Shown: piece after piece, positions 23,501 to 63,358 of the stretch
Numbering within the stretch: the first letter of the stretch is position 1
How the letters are laid out: each line of letters begins with the position of its first letter
Assembly: GCF_964355755.1 (NCBI RefSeq)
Contig: NC_092678.1
Span: 6,092,422-6,156,421 of the forward strand
DNA length: 64,000 nucleotides
Direction: 5' to 3'
DNA from: Antedon mediterranea
Taxonomy: Eukaryota; Animalia; Echinodermata
The notes under the pieces: model-generated
Databases searched by the model: none
What the model saw: the letters and a program-made list of their open reading frames with translations, nothing else
What the model was told of the DNA's origin: nothing
Position numbers and translations under genes: made by a program

Positions 23501-26500
23501 GAATAGTTCTCCCAGTCCGAACACGGCAAGACAAGACATATGCAGGGTCCAAATCATCACCTCCAACTAGGTTGTTTGGGTTGAGGTCTGTGCAATGAAT
23601 GGCATCTTTCTGATAACCATTGTGTCGACGACTGATCACTGGGTCAAAGAGATCCTTAAATGTGTCGTATGATTCTTCATCTCCTGCAACCAGACCAACG
23701 GTATAGATGAAAGGATGTCCAGGGTTGTCAACACCAGTCTGCATACATCCATCTAATGTAAAACCTGAAGGTGTCTTCAAATTCACAAGCTTATCAAAAA
23801 TGTCTGGTGTGAGGCATTTTCCAAGATGGTTATTGTGCTGACTCAAATCCGGATAGTTGGTAAAATTGCTATTCATAAGGTAAAAAATATAAACATTTTT
23901 CAATTGAAAATTCAAAATTTTTAATCACTACAAATAATGGTAAATGTAGATAAAATATAAAGAAAAAATAATACTAGTGGATTACTCATCATTAAATTAA
24001 CAGTTTTTATAAGGTTAGTCTAATTAAAGAAATTACCCTGGATTAGTTTGCAGCTATAGTTAGTGTACATATTTACCCTCAACATACATTTTAAATTATA
24101 CATAACAATAATTATCAGAAATTTCATGTTTGACTACATTTTAGTTAATGTGAAATTCTATTTATAGTTTTGTTTGGAAATTGAACTTTATTTTGCTTGT
24201 TTAGTTTCTTTCATTTTTCCACAAAAAATGATTATAATAAACCCTTATTAAGGTACAATTTCCTGTGAAACAAGGACACTTTGATTGGTCCCAATGGTGT
24301 CCCCTTAATAGGGTTGATTTATAATGTATTTATAATATATAGTATTGTAATTATAAATAATAAATATAGACAAATATATGAATTGTTATTAATTTATTAG
24401 CAATAGACCTAAGTATGCAGTAGAACACTTGGGTATCCTCTCAATACAAGTTGCACCATATTTATAATATACAAATTTAAAAAGTTGCAAATACATTAGA
24501 ATTACACTGTATAGGGCTATATACAGTAGTGTTGCCTGAAAGCTCTGCTAAATTTTCTGGCTGTTTTACTTTATTGTTTTGATTTAGCTTTTTGCTTATT
24601 TTATTTAATATATCTCCATTGAGATCCAGCCACTGATACACACATCATTGTCATTTTGTCAGTAATTTGCCTTTGAATCTAAAATTGATATTAGCAAAAC
24701 AAAGAGGTTGACTTAGTAGTGCTATAAACATCCTGTTTTGTTTCACAGTAAAGTTTCTCCTTAATAACAGGAGTATGTCCACTTAATACTAAATACTAAT
24801 AGGGGTGTTCTCTGAATAGGGGTAACCCAAATGTTGGTTCCACTGTATATGAAAAAAGTATAACCTAACAAGAATGATACTGGGGTGGATTGCTATAAAC
24901 CGTGCTCAGCTTGCAATTCTTATACTATCATAAATTTAAGGAAAAGAGAGGAAAATCACAGTTGCTTGTACTAACTAGTAGAATATGGTTTTAAAAATGT
25001 ATTATTATTAATAATTTTATTATATTTAAATTATAGCAATCCACCCCAGTGTTTAGAAGTTCCTACCAATTAGTGCAAGGTGCAGAACATGGAGTCTTTG
25101 GGCATTCAGTCTGCTCTTTAGGCTTTCTTTCTGTCGGCTCAACTTTTGCAATTTTCTTTTCTTCCGGTTTATCTTTCACAGGTGTTGCATTGCCGTTACA
25201 AGCAGGGGCACATTTTTCCGACTCTTTAGCACTAGCCGGGCTGCAAATTGTTAAATTTTTAAGGTGTTTATGAGGCTGATAAAATTTAATTTTGGGTAAT
25301 GACAAATAACATGAAGATATTATAATTAGGCCTACAAGGGTGGATTGCTATAAAATAAAAAGCTTTTAAATTTGTAGTAAAACTGTCTGGTATCTCCCTA
25401 TTTGGTTTTACCAATATGATTTAAAAAACAACTTTGTAAAACTAAAATTGCCTTTGCATTATCATTTAATCTTATTCCTGATGAAGGGACACAAAAAGTT
25501 TATATAGTAGTAGATACACATGTTTGTGATGTCATTTATATTCGACCAATAACATTCTCGTATCCATAGGCAGGCCCGTAGCCAGGGGGGGTTTTTATGG
25601 TTCGGGCGAACCCCCCCTTTACAGCGAACCCCCCTTAACCGACTGCGAACCCCCATCCCCGACATGCCCAATACCTCACCCTCATCTCCGAAAATCGTCC
25701 AAATACGTGCCCCACAGTACAAAAAGTTGTTCGTAAATTAAAAAATTCGTAAACTCGTTCGGAATAACTCATACAGTACCTTCTTCCCTGCATGAGCGTA
25801 CTTCGAGCGATATAGTCTGTAAAAAGAGTTGCAAATGAATTGCCGATTTTAACCTGAAAAATAAATGTTTTGTCCCTGCATTCAACATGATATTGACGCG
25901 TCTCACAGCGAGCTGGGGGACGAACGATTCGTACAAAGGACACCGCCAGACAACTGCGTACCAATTGTTTAGATCACTGGCAGTCAGGCAGCATGCATAA
26001 AGTATATAGCCTTCCGACATACATCAGTATTTATGTGTGGCTATGAAGTATAATGTATCATAGAGGATTATAGTGAATATTAATATTTTACACTATAAAA
26101 TCTATGGTATCATGTACTGTAGTTCACATTATGGCATCCGATTATTTTTTTCTAGACCACCAGCCGATACGTACTCAAATGTATCAATATCACCTATTTA
26201 CATTGGCATATTTAATTTCCTCAACAAATTGCTGTAAATAAATATTATAGATAGAGCTATAATAAGAATTGCATTTTCCTTCACCCAGTGTGCTTTTTTC
26301 GGGGCTTCTCCTAGACGTACGTTCGCATTGAACTTGAACGCAAAACAAAATATCGAGTAAATGATCTAACAATCGGCGGTTTCGCACAGAGCACGCGCAT
26401 CTAACATACGGCAACAAATGTTATCGTTTAAATAGTCCACGAGTCCAAGTACGATCGTTTTGCTCATTGGTAGCATGCTGCATGAGAGTGTCTTTTCCGG

Positions 26501-28073
26501 CCATCTAGGGGTGCCATTTAACAAAATTTGCTTCGCCGATACGTACTCAAATGTATCAATATCACCTATTTACATTGGCATATTTAATTTCCTCAACAAA
26601 TTGCTGTAAATAAATATTATAGATAGAGCTATAATAAGAATTGCATTTGCCTTCACCCAGTGTGCTTTTTTCGGGGCTTCTCCTAGACGTACGTTCGCAT
26701 TGAACTTGAACGCAAAACAAAATATCGAGTAAATGATCAAACAATCGGCGGTTCCGCACAGAGCACGCGCATCTAACATACGGCAACAAATGTTATCGTT
26801 TAAATAGTCCACGATTCCAAGTACAATCGTTTTGCTCATTGGTAGAATGCTGCATGAGAGTGTCTTTTCCGGCCATCTAGGGGTGTCATTTAACAAAATT
26901 TGCTTCGCCTCAGGCCCCACCCCAGGGGGGCGGGTGGTAGGTATGGGGGTGGGGTGACCCAAATACTTAGTGTGCGAACCCCCCCTTGACAGATCCTGGC
27001 TACGGCCCTGATAGGCTATGTAATATAATGATTTATCATTTAGCTATTTGGCCTAAACATTTGATTTTCAATAATTTATTGTAAAATTAGCTTATTATAT
27101 ATTATTTGCATTGAAAAGCAGATTATTATTAGTTAAAGATATTACTTAGTTTAATTATATACACTAGCCTAATATTAATTCGCTACTTAAAATAACTTGG
27201 GCTTACGGTAATTAATAACAATCCACCCTTTTTTATACAAAGATGACCCGTATTAACGTAGGTTAATTAAAATTGCATTAGAATTATTTGTAAAAGACCT
27301 AAGGCTAGGCATATATCAATCAAGGGAAAATAAATGCAAAAAACAATTGAAATTAATAGAATTCTACTTACGAGGTCTTTGATGTAGCAGCTATAAAAAA
27401 AAATAATAGAAAAAAAAAGTTAATAATTTTCATTAATTAATTTAAATTTATTTATTCATTTAGGCCTACTTATTTATTCACTTTTATGTTTATTGTAATT
27501 ATTATTATTTTCTAAGGTTGCTTATTAGCTTAAAGATGTGTACTCTGAACAGATCTTAAAATATGCATCCTCCATGTAGTCTACTTGGTTGTTGTAGTAG
27601 CCTAGCTAGCAGTAGGCCAGGAAGGCCTAGGCTAGGCCTACTAGCCTAGCCTAGCTAGTAGGCCTAGGCTATGTGGAAATAATTAATTGAATTGAATTGA
27701 AAAAGATTAATAATAATAAATTAAAAAAGCAATAGGCCTGGGCCTATTTACAATTTTTTCTACATGTGTTGCTAATATAATATTACAAATAGGCCTAGCC
27801 TATTCTAGCTAGGCTCCAGGCCAGGTTGTGGTGGCAAGTGGTAGTGATAGGGTAGGGCATACTGTAATGGCTAACTAAAGTCCTAGCTAGCTAACTAAGA
27901 CTAGGCCTAGGCCTAGGCTAGGCTAGCTAGGGGCGCTTTTTCTAGGCCTAGCCTAGCTAGGTAGGCCTAGCCCTAGACTGAAGTGTGCAGACTATGTATA
28001 AAATTATAACAAGAAATAAATAAGACATAGGCCTAGCTTGTGGCTTACCTGTTTTTGACGCTCCGCAACCCAT
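20550..28073 (-). CDS. Flagellar-type creatine kinase, three contiguous CK domains, N-myristoylation signal (1178 aa as modelled)
   Basis: Exons 28073-28049 (MGCGASKT), micro-exon 27390-27372, 25240-25067 and 23868-20550, all phase-consistent. Each domain has NPGHP(F/H)I(Y/M)TVG, CRVRTGR, W(I/V)[13 protein letters not shown] and RGTGGVDT, which are CK-type specificity loops. MGCxxS is the acylation motif typical of flagellar CKs. Confidence 0.96.
25571..27010. mobile_element. Non-autonomous DNA transposon, 1440 bp, 5-bp TSD ATAGG, with internal 372-bp tandem duplication
   Basis: Ends CAGGCCCGTAGCCAGG / CCTGGCTACGGCCCTG, subterminal CGAACCCCCC repeats, ATAGG at 25566-25570 and 27011-27015. 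The duplicated blocks start at about 26163 and 26535. Confidence 0.92.
27590..28040. repeat. CTAG/TAGGCCTA-rich low-complexity tract in the first coding intron of the CK gene
   Basis: Dense gcctaggctag/ctagctag runs; similar tracts at 10910-10975 and 175-350. Confidence 0.75.
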
Positions 28074-28320
28074 TGTTGCAATGTTAACAAAAATATCACC
28101 CACCCCTGAAGAAAACTTGACAATATCTGTGCAACAAGAAGGAACACGAACAACAAAACAATACAGATTCTTGACGCGCAATACTTACGTTGTCAAATCA
28201 ACAATCCATACAACAACAACAACGATGAATATGATTGGTCAAAAGTGTGCGTGTCATTCACGGTGAATGCTTCCGGTTGTTCGCGCGGGCATTTTAAGAC
28301 GCACTTCCGACAGCTGATCA

Positions 28321-28342
28321 TAGCAACATGTTGCTAAACAAC
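28321..28342. promoter_or_regulatory. RFX X-box-like site upstream of flagellar CK
   Basis: Palindrome TAGCAACATGTTGCTA overlapping GTTGCTAAACAAC, about 130 bp upstream of a 5' UTR exon donor near 28188. Confidence 0.5.
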
Positions 28343-29282
28343 CTGACAACTACAAACAAAGATACAGTATTTATTTTTATATCGTTCTGGGTGGTGTGGG
28401 ACGTGTGCTTGACTGGGTCAGGGATGATGACTAAGGTAAGGTAACACTTTTTCTATTATAGTACTTTTAGAGGTGTTTGAATTTATTAAAGACAGTTCTT
28501 GGAACGTTCTTAAATATAAGCAACGCATAGAGTAAGCTAGGCCGATATAATTACTGTTTTTGTGACCAATTTGGTAACACAGTCATAAGCGAATTTTCAC
28601 TACTAAAATCCTATGCAAAACTCCTATAATTGAACAAGAAGTATTCGGGACAAAGAATGAATTGCTACCAATTAACTAATTTGGCTGATTATACTACCAC
28701 ACAACTCAAATATTTGTTATGATGTCAACAACAACAAAGTCCGAACCAGAAACTATGCATCACAAAAGGAGGGTCCTGATCGATGAAGATTACATAAAAT
28801 AGTGAAAACAACTGATTTGAAAATAAAGATGAGGGATTTCTCTTACACGATGGAGATGGAAGTTGAGGAGACAAAGAGAACGATTGAAATTCTGGATATA
28901 TATATATGCCTAATGCATGCAATACAAAATATTCATTCATTGTCATTGCTGTTTTATATTTCAATTTTTAAAATGGTTCGTTTTCAAACATTACTCTCAT
29001 TCCTAAATCTTCGTCTTGACGAATAATAAAAGGTATACAACGTATAAGACTTACCCATGTCTAAAGAAAAGACGTTAAAGAAGACGGCTAGTAGTGTATG
29101 GTGCAGCCTCTTATTACATACGTACTTTAACTCACAAGACGTCGACACTCTCATGAATTTGTTCTAGAAGACAGTAGGAGTCCAACTTTTATAAGTTCCG
29201 TTTTTAAAGTGATCAAACTCATTGCTTCCGCCGTCAAAACGTACAGGCGTAAACAACGTTAAAACCGACGACATCGATCAAC

Positions 29283-29313
29283 CAGGGAGTTGTTATCTAA
29301 TAACAACTCCCTG
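29283..29313. mobile_element. 31-bp palindrome with 7-bp TSD; candidate P-superfamily excision footprint
   Basis: GATCAAC|CAGGGAGTTGTTAT-CTA-ATAACAACTCCCTG|GATCAAC. Confidence 0.7.
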
Positions 29314-29724
29314 GATCAACACCATGCATTGTTTTCTTGTTGTCTTCCTTGTATTGCGATATGACTGCACGTGGAACATTTAAATTATCTCATGAATATT
29401 CAAATGATTGACGTATGCATTTCTTCCGTATTTTACTGAATGATGATCCTCTGATGACGTCTACAAAAGTTGTCGGTGCGCCTTCTGTATTACAAACTTT
29501 GTGTGTAACTTTGTAGTTGATGGATTCGTCAAATACTAGTAAGCTAAATTACAGACTTATTTTGAATTGTATATGCGCATACAATCTTTAGTCAAACCAC
29601 TATGTAGGTATCTATCTATCAAGACATGTGTGCCATTATAATGCGTGTGTGGTGATGCTTTTACTGGAGGTTGATGTTTTTAGACTCTACCATTTTTAGA
29701 GAAGAGTATTTGTAATATCTCTTT

Positions 29725-29775
29725 ATCACTCTGAGGAGAATAAGCTATTGTTGGTTTATCCAGGTAATTTAGGCA
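29725..29775. repeat. Dispersed repeat with core TGTTGGTTTATCCA(GGTAA)
   Basis: Related copies at about 44270-44318, 49395-49440 and, inverted, 59505-59540. Confidence 0.55.
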
Positions 29776-31370
29776 AAAAATCGACTAAACTTGTTTTACC
29801 ATTAGGACTATGGAGTGCAGTCAGTCATGCCAGAGTGTTTTATTCTTCTTTAACTTTTTAGTTTATACAGTATTTCATCAGATCAGCCTCATCAGAATAC
29901 AAAAAGTTCATGTGATAAAAGAGGAATCAAGGTGTCTTAGTTCTAAATAAACTTGTTTCTTTGCTGTTGTTTTCATACTTGAAATTAAATCTATTAAAAA
30001 TTAATTTAATTTTACCAGAAGGCCAAAAATGACAAACGACAATTATGCTAAAACATTAAACACAGATACAAATTAGTTTTCAAAATGAGTAATACACATT
30101 TAATGTACGATGTTGCAATTCCGAAACACGACATGACGATACACATGAATGATTTTGTAATTACAATATGCAAATTAGCTACAAAGACTGTATTTTGAAT
30201 AGCATAGGTAAATTAACAATGTATAAATTACGTTGGACTACTTTTTTCAGAACGGTAGACAAGTAAAACCAAATCATAGATTTGTTGATGAAACTTTCTA
30301 ACTTAAATATTTGCATAAATTAATTCTTATTCAACTGAAATAATCAAAATTAATTAAATTATAAAGAAATCTTTTGTATTAATAAAGTAAACCTTATATC
30401 ACTGGGTCTTAAAATTATTATCTTAAACTTCAGAAAAAAAAATTAGTAATTATATTCCTTAGATAAAAGATAATTTTAAATTGTTTTTTTTTCTATCTTA
30501 GTGTACGTGGCTAAATAAAAAAAATGTATTAAATTACTTTTTACTACTTAAGAAAACAAGGCTGTAGAAAAAATGTTGAACTTATCGTGTTACTGCAGTA
30601 TTTTGAAAAGATTTTGTTAAAAAAGGCCTATAACAGACAAATAATTGAAAAGTAAAGGGTGCAACATTTTTTGCAGGATTCATAAAAAATCTTTGTATAG
30701 GGCTTTTTTTTTAAATTACAGTATAATCAATTATTTAAGATCTTGAACATTTTAAGTATCGCCAAACAAATAATAAATTAATTTTTATTTATTTTAAAGT
30801 GCCAGTCAAAAAACAATGCAAAATAATACAATATTTCATAACTTGGAATTTTATGCAAAAATGATTTTTCCTACATTTGTAAAAGTAACACTCAACAAAT
30901 GAATCTATACTGAATTATATCACAAAGGAAATTGCATTATTTAAATTTTTACAAAATCAACTTTAAAAATATTCAAACCTCTATTTCCATTAAAAAAAAT
31001 TACAAACTTATTTTAAATATATATAAAAACAGTTTATTTTAATTATTTAATTATAAACAGGATTAGGTTCAGAGATAAAAAACAAATGAGTTGGCCAAAA
31101 AATTGCACGAAAAAGTAGAAAATGTACAGCACAAAATTAATCTTTGGTTTAATATTTCTGATAAAAATGAAATATTATTTATCATAGCTATGATTTATAA
31201 AGCACCAATTGAAAAATAACTTTGCTCTGGGTATAAGCCCATGCTGGGAGTATTTAAGCCTATTCGCATGTGAAATGAACCATGGAATAATTTTAATGGA
31301 TACACTGTATGTTTCCTGTAAACTCAACCTATTAATCCCGTACATAGCCTAGCAAAAACTGAATTTGATA

Positions 31371-31597
31371 ACACCGCTGGGGTGCACACACCATACAAGA
31401 TGTAGGTGTTGACGCCCTCGCCCCAGGCTGTGTAAACTTGCTTGATTAGCTTCGGCTATATCTTGGCTACCTTTTGTATTGAAATTCTTTTGTTTGATAC
31501 AATAAAGAAGAATCATTTCTGAGTGTACACACACCGACAGGGCGCACACCATACAAAAAGCAGGTGTTGACACCCAGGTGCGTGTACACTCCGGAAT
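31371..31597 (-). other. Two related stem-loops downstream of the NUAK stop codon (putative 3' UTR structured element or pre-miRNA pair)
   Basis: Shared core on the minus strand GGGYGTCAACACCTRCWTYTTGTATGGTGTGYGC, each closed by a different outer stem. Confidence 0.45.
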
Positions 31598-32728
31598 TTG
31601 CTAGCCGATCTAAACTGACAGTATGTTTCATTACACAATATTTGTTTTATAAGATGTTTAATTTTTCTGTTTGTCCAAAAACGATGAAGCTGTGTATATA
31701 TCAAAACAGTAGAACAGCCACAGCATTGAACCATACAAGTGGCATAACATTAATATGCAAATTATTCACGATATATGCAAACAAATATGCAAACTAGATC
31801 AACAAAGCTTTTAACTTTTGCCATTAATCCTTGAAATGTTCACAAATATTTATAGATATAATTCCATATTATAATACAGTAAATAAAAAGATAATAGTAC
31901 AGTATTTAGTAATTGAAACAATTATATTGTATCTTAGTGATTTCATGCTTTCCAATATTATGTATACAGTATATTTTGTAAGAGATCATGTCATGTTATT
32001 TTACTGCAGTAACTGTAGTAACCACACTTTTTCTGTAATAACATATGATTTTAGGTGTTTCATTTTTCAGTTGTTAAACAATTGTTGGCTGCAGTTACTA
32101 TAGTAGAAAAATGTGAATGGTTCCTATACACATGCTCTTTTTGTTTACATGCGGTAAGTTTCACCATATATTTTTTTTTTATTATTGGCTTTCCAGTTGT
32201 AAATAGGTAAATTGATACAATCAATAAATAAATATAAAACAGTTTAGGGCAAGCTTTTAAAATTGAAATACATTTTTGAAAACATTTGTTTAACACCTAT
32301 TCCTGTAGGCTTTCTAGTCAGCAACGTGTGACAGTGTGCAGTCTATCTCTTTTTCTTAATTCACCCATTTAAATCTTAAATCTTCAACTTTATCTTATAA
32401 CTATTATATTATTATCCTTAAAAATCAATTTAAGTTCATTTAAAACATAATTTATTTACTATGTTCATCTTAGAAATCTACAGTATCTACAAATCAAATT
32501 TACAACAAAAAAAATTTTCAAAATGAAAGATATTTAAGATTGTGTTCTTCTTAAACTAAGATTGTCTAATTTACAGTACAAATTTTAACCACACTGTTTT
32601 CACAATAAAAATCCAGATTTAAATTGTAAATTCTGAGTAAAACATATAAATTTATCTAATAAACTTAAAAGTAAGTGAATTCTTGCTTAAGTGAAAATTT
32701 TATTTTCTTAAAGGTACAGAAGAGTATG

Positions 32729-61350
<28,622 letters not shown>

Positions 61351-63358
61351 CTAAAAAAGAAACATCAAACAGAAATAGTATTAATTATGGATCAACAGTA
61401 GCGATTCGAAGATTCTCAGTACTGTATACAAAGTCGTCCAGTGTCATAGGGAAATTCTGCGATATAGCATCCCATGTGTTACACATGTGACACTTGTATC
61501 ATAGATCTTAACTTAAACACTATACTAAAATCATTAGCAGCAAAAAATAACTACATGGTATTGCAGGTGCTTTCTATTTAATTGCAGTTAAAACATTAGG
61601 TAAGTATTACGTGCAAAAGTAAATGAATTGACAATCATTAGCAACAAAAAATCTGCTAATGAGGTCTTATGTAAACTGTAACCTTTGAACATCATGCGTT
61701 AATATTTCTTTTTTAAACATTATCAGAATATCATAAATATGTTGTTAATTGTTTGACTTTTTTTCACTACATGACTCAATGGCAGCCATTATTTACATTT
61801 GTTTTTTTCTCTTGCCCAGTAAGTAAATATCATTTACCACATACCACGACTAAAGTCAATACAAACAGATATGGAAATATGTTTCACATATTTATAGCTC
61901 TTTAGTACTGATAATCAATTCTAAAAGTAAATGGCTAATTTTATACTACGGTAGGCCAAATACAAGGTCATAGTAAAGATATACAGCTTGGGCTAGCCAA
62001 CCTATTTAATGGGCAAGTGAACAAGTAACGTGGTCACAAGCTTCCATACACATTTACACCAACCTCATGCACTATTTTATAATGTAATACTGTAAGTTAG
62101 TTTACTAACTTATAAGTATGTACAGTAATATGTTTAATTGGGCCACCAAAGTACAGTAACCTGTTCTAGCCCGAATGTAATATCTAGTAGTCTCTATCTA
62201 TCTATATCTATCTAGAATCTAGAACCAGAGGACAAACTAACACTAACTTCTTTACCACACACATAATAACACAAAATCCTGTACCTATAATATTTTATAG
62301 AGTAGGCCTATTTACAGAAGTTTGGGCTACCAAAATTGTATTCGGGCAAGTAAAACCCCTGCTAATATTTAGTGAAAAACCATAGAGACCTGTACCAAGT
62401 GTGAAATAAACAACAGTTATGTGATGTTTTGAGAATAGAGGCATGTTTAACTTTCCCTCGGCCTACAAGATTTATTTTCGGAAAAACACTTGAATGAGAA
62501 AGAATGTAACTGTATAAACAGAGAAAAAAAAGACAACTGTAACGTTTGTTATTTCTAGAACATGAAACTGATGAAAAATCGTAACCTTGAAACTGCGTTT
62601 AACCTGTTTTCCTGTTGGAATGTCGCCCCCTGCTTAACCCCATGAGGGAAGCTTAACAAAAGACCAAAGAGCACATACCAATGTCGTTGTTCATCATAAA
62701 AAGAAAATTGGAAACATTGTCATGTACAGTATCAGTGTGCCAAGATCATGGATCTAGTTGTGCTAGGCAGGCCAAGTCCTATCCTAGCCATAAGACATCA
62801 AATACTGCTTCATTCTCACCCAGACCCATCCAAAGAAAACAGAAAAGTTTCTGCTAAAATTCATTAAAAGGCACTATCTTTTTTTATCATATTCTTAAAT
62901 AAGATAAAAGATAGCCCTAAGTTTATTTTAAAACATCAAACACTGTTTCATTGTCACCCAAACCCATCCAAAAAAAACCAGAAAAGTTTCTGCTAAAACT
63001 CTTTAAACGCCATTTTCAATTTCTATTTTTTTTTTATAAATGACAATAGAAATTAAACATTAATTAGACAATCTTACTCGCCACCCAATAAAACTTTTTT
63101 CTTTTTTTTTAACATAAGGAAGTTTTTCTTATAATTCAATTGTTTTTGTTATCAATTTTATTATATTTTGCTATAAAGTTGAAGGAAGATATGTAGAAAA
63201 TCATCAATAATCAAATATGTTTGCATACAAGGGTCTTTTTTTTGTTGAAACATACAAGTAGAATGAACAAATCCAAGTAAATTCAATTAATTTTAAACAA
63301 CACAACCAAAAGTGGCCTTTAGTATGTCAGTATTCCCCGACGGTACTGTACTTATTAA

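Noticed and set aside
20799-23598. Plus-strand ORFs overlapping the CK exon
   Set aside because: They are antisense shadows of a long coding exon with no recognisable protein features.
23869-23915. ORF-track N-terminus of the 1121-aa CK ([14 protein letters not shown])
   Set aside because: This is intron sequence. An AG acceptor at 23870-23869 joins in phase to the upstream exons that carry the MGCGASK leader.
25462-26962. ORFs inside the 5-bp-TSD transposon (also 49583-50524)
   Set aside because: They are short, differ by frameshifts between the two copies, and show no transposase motifs.
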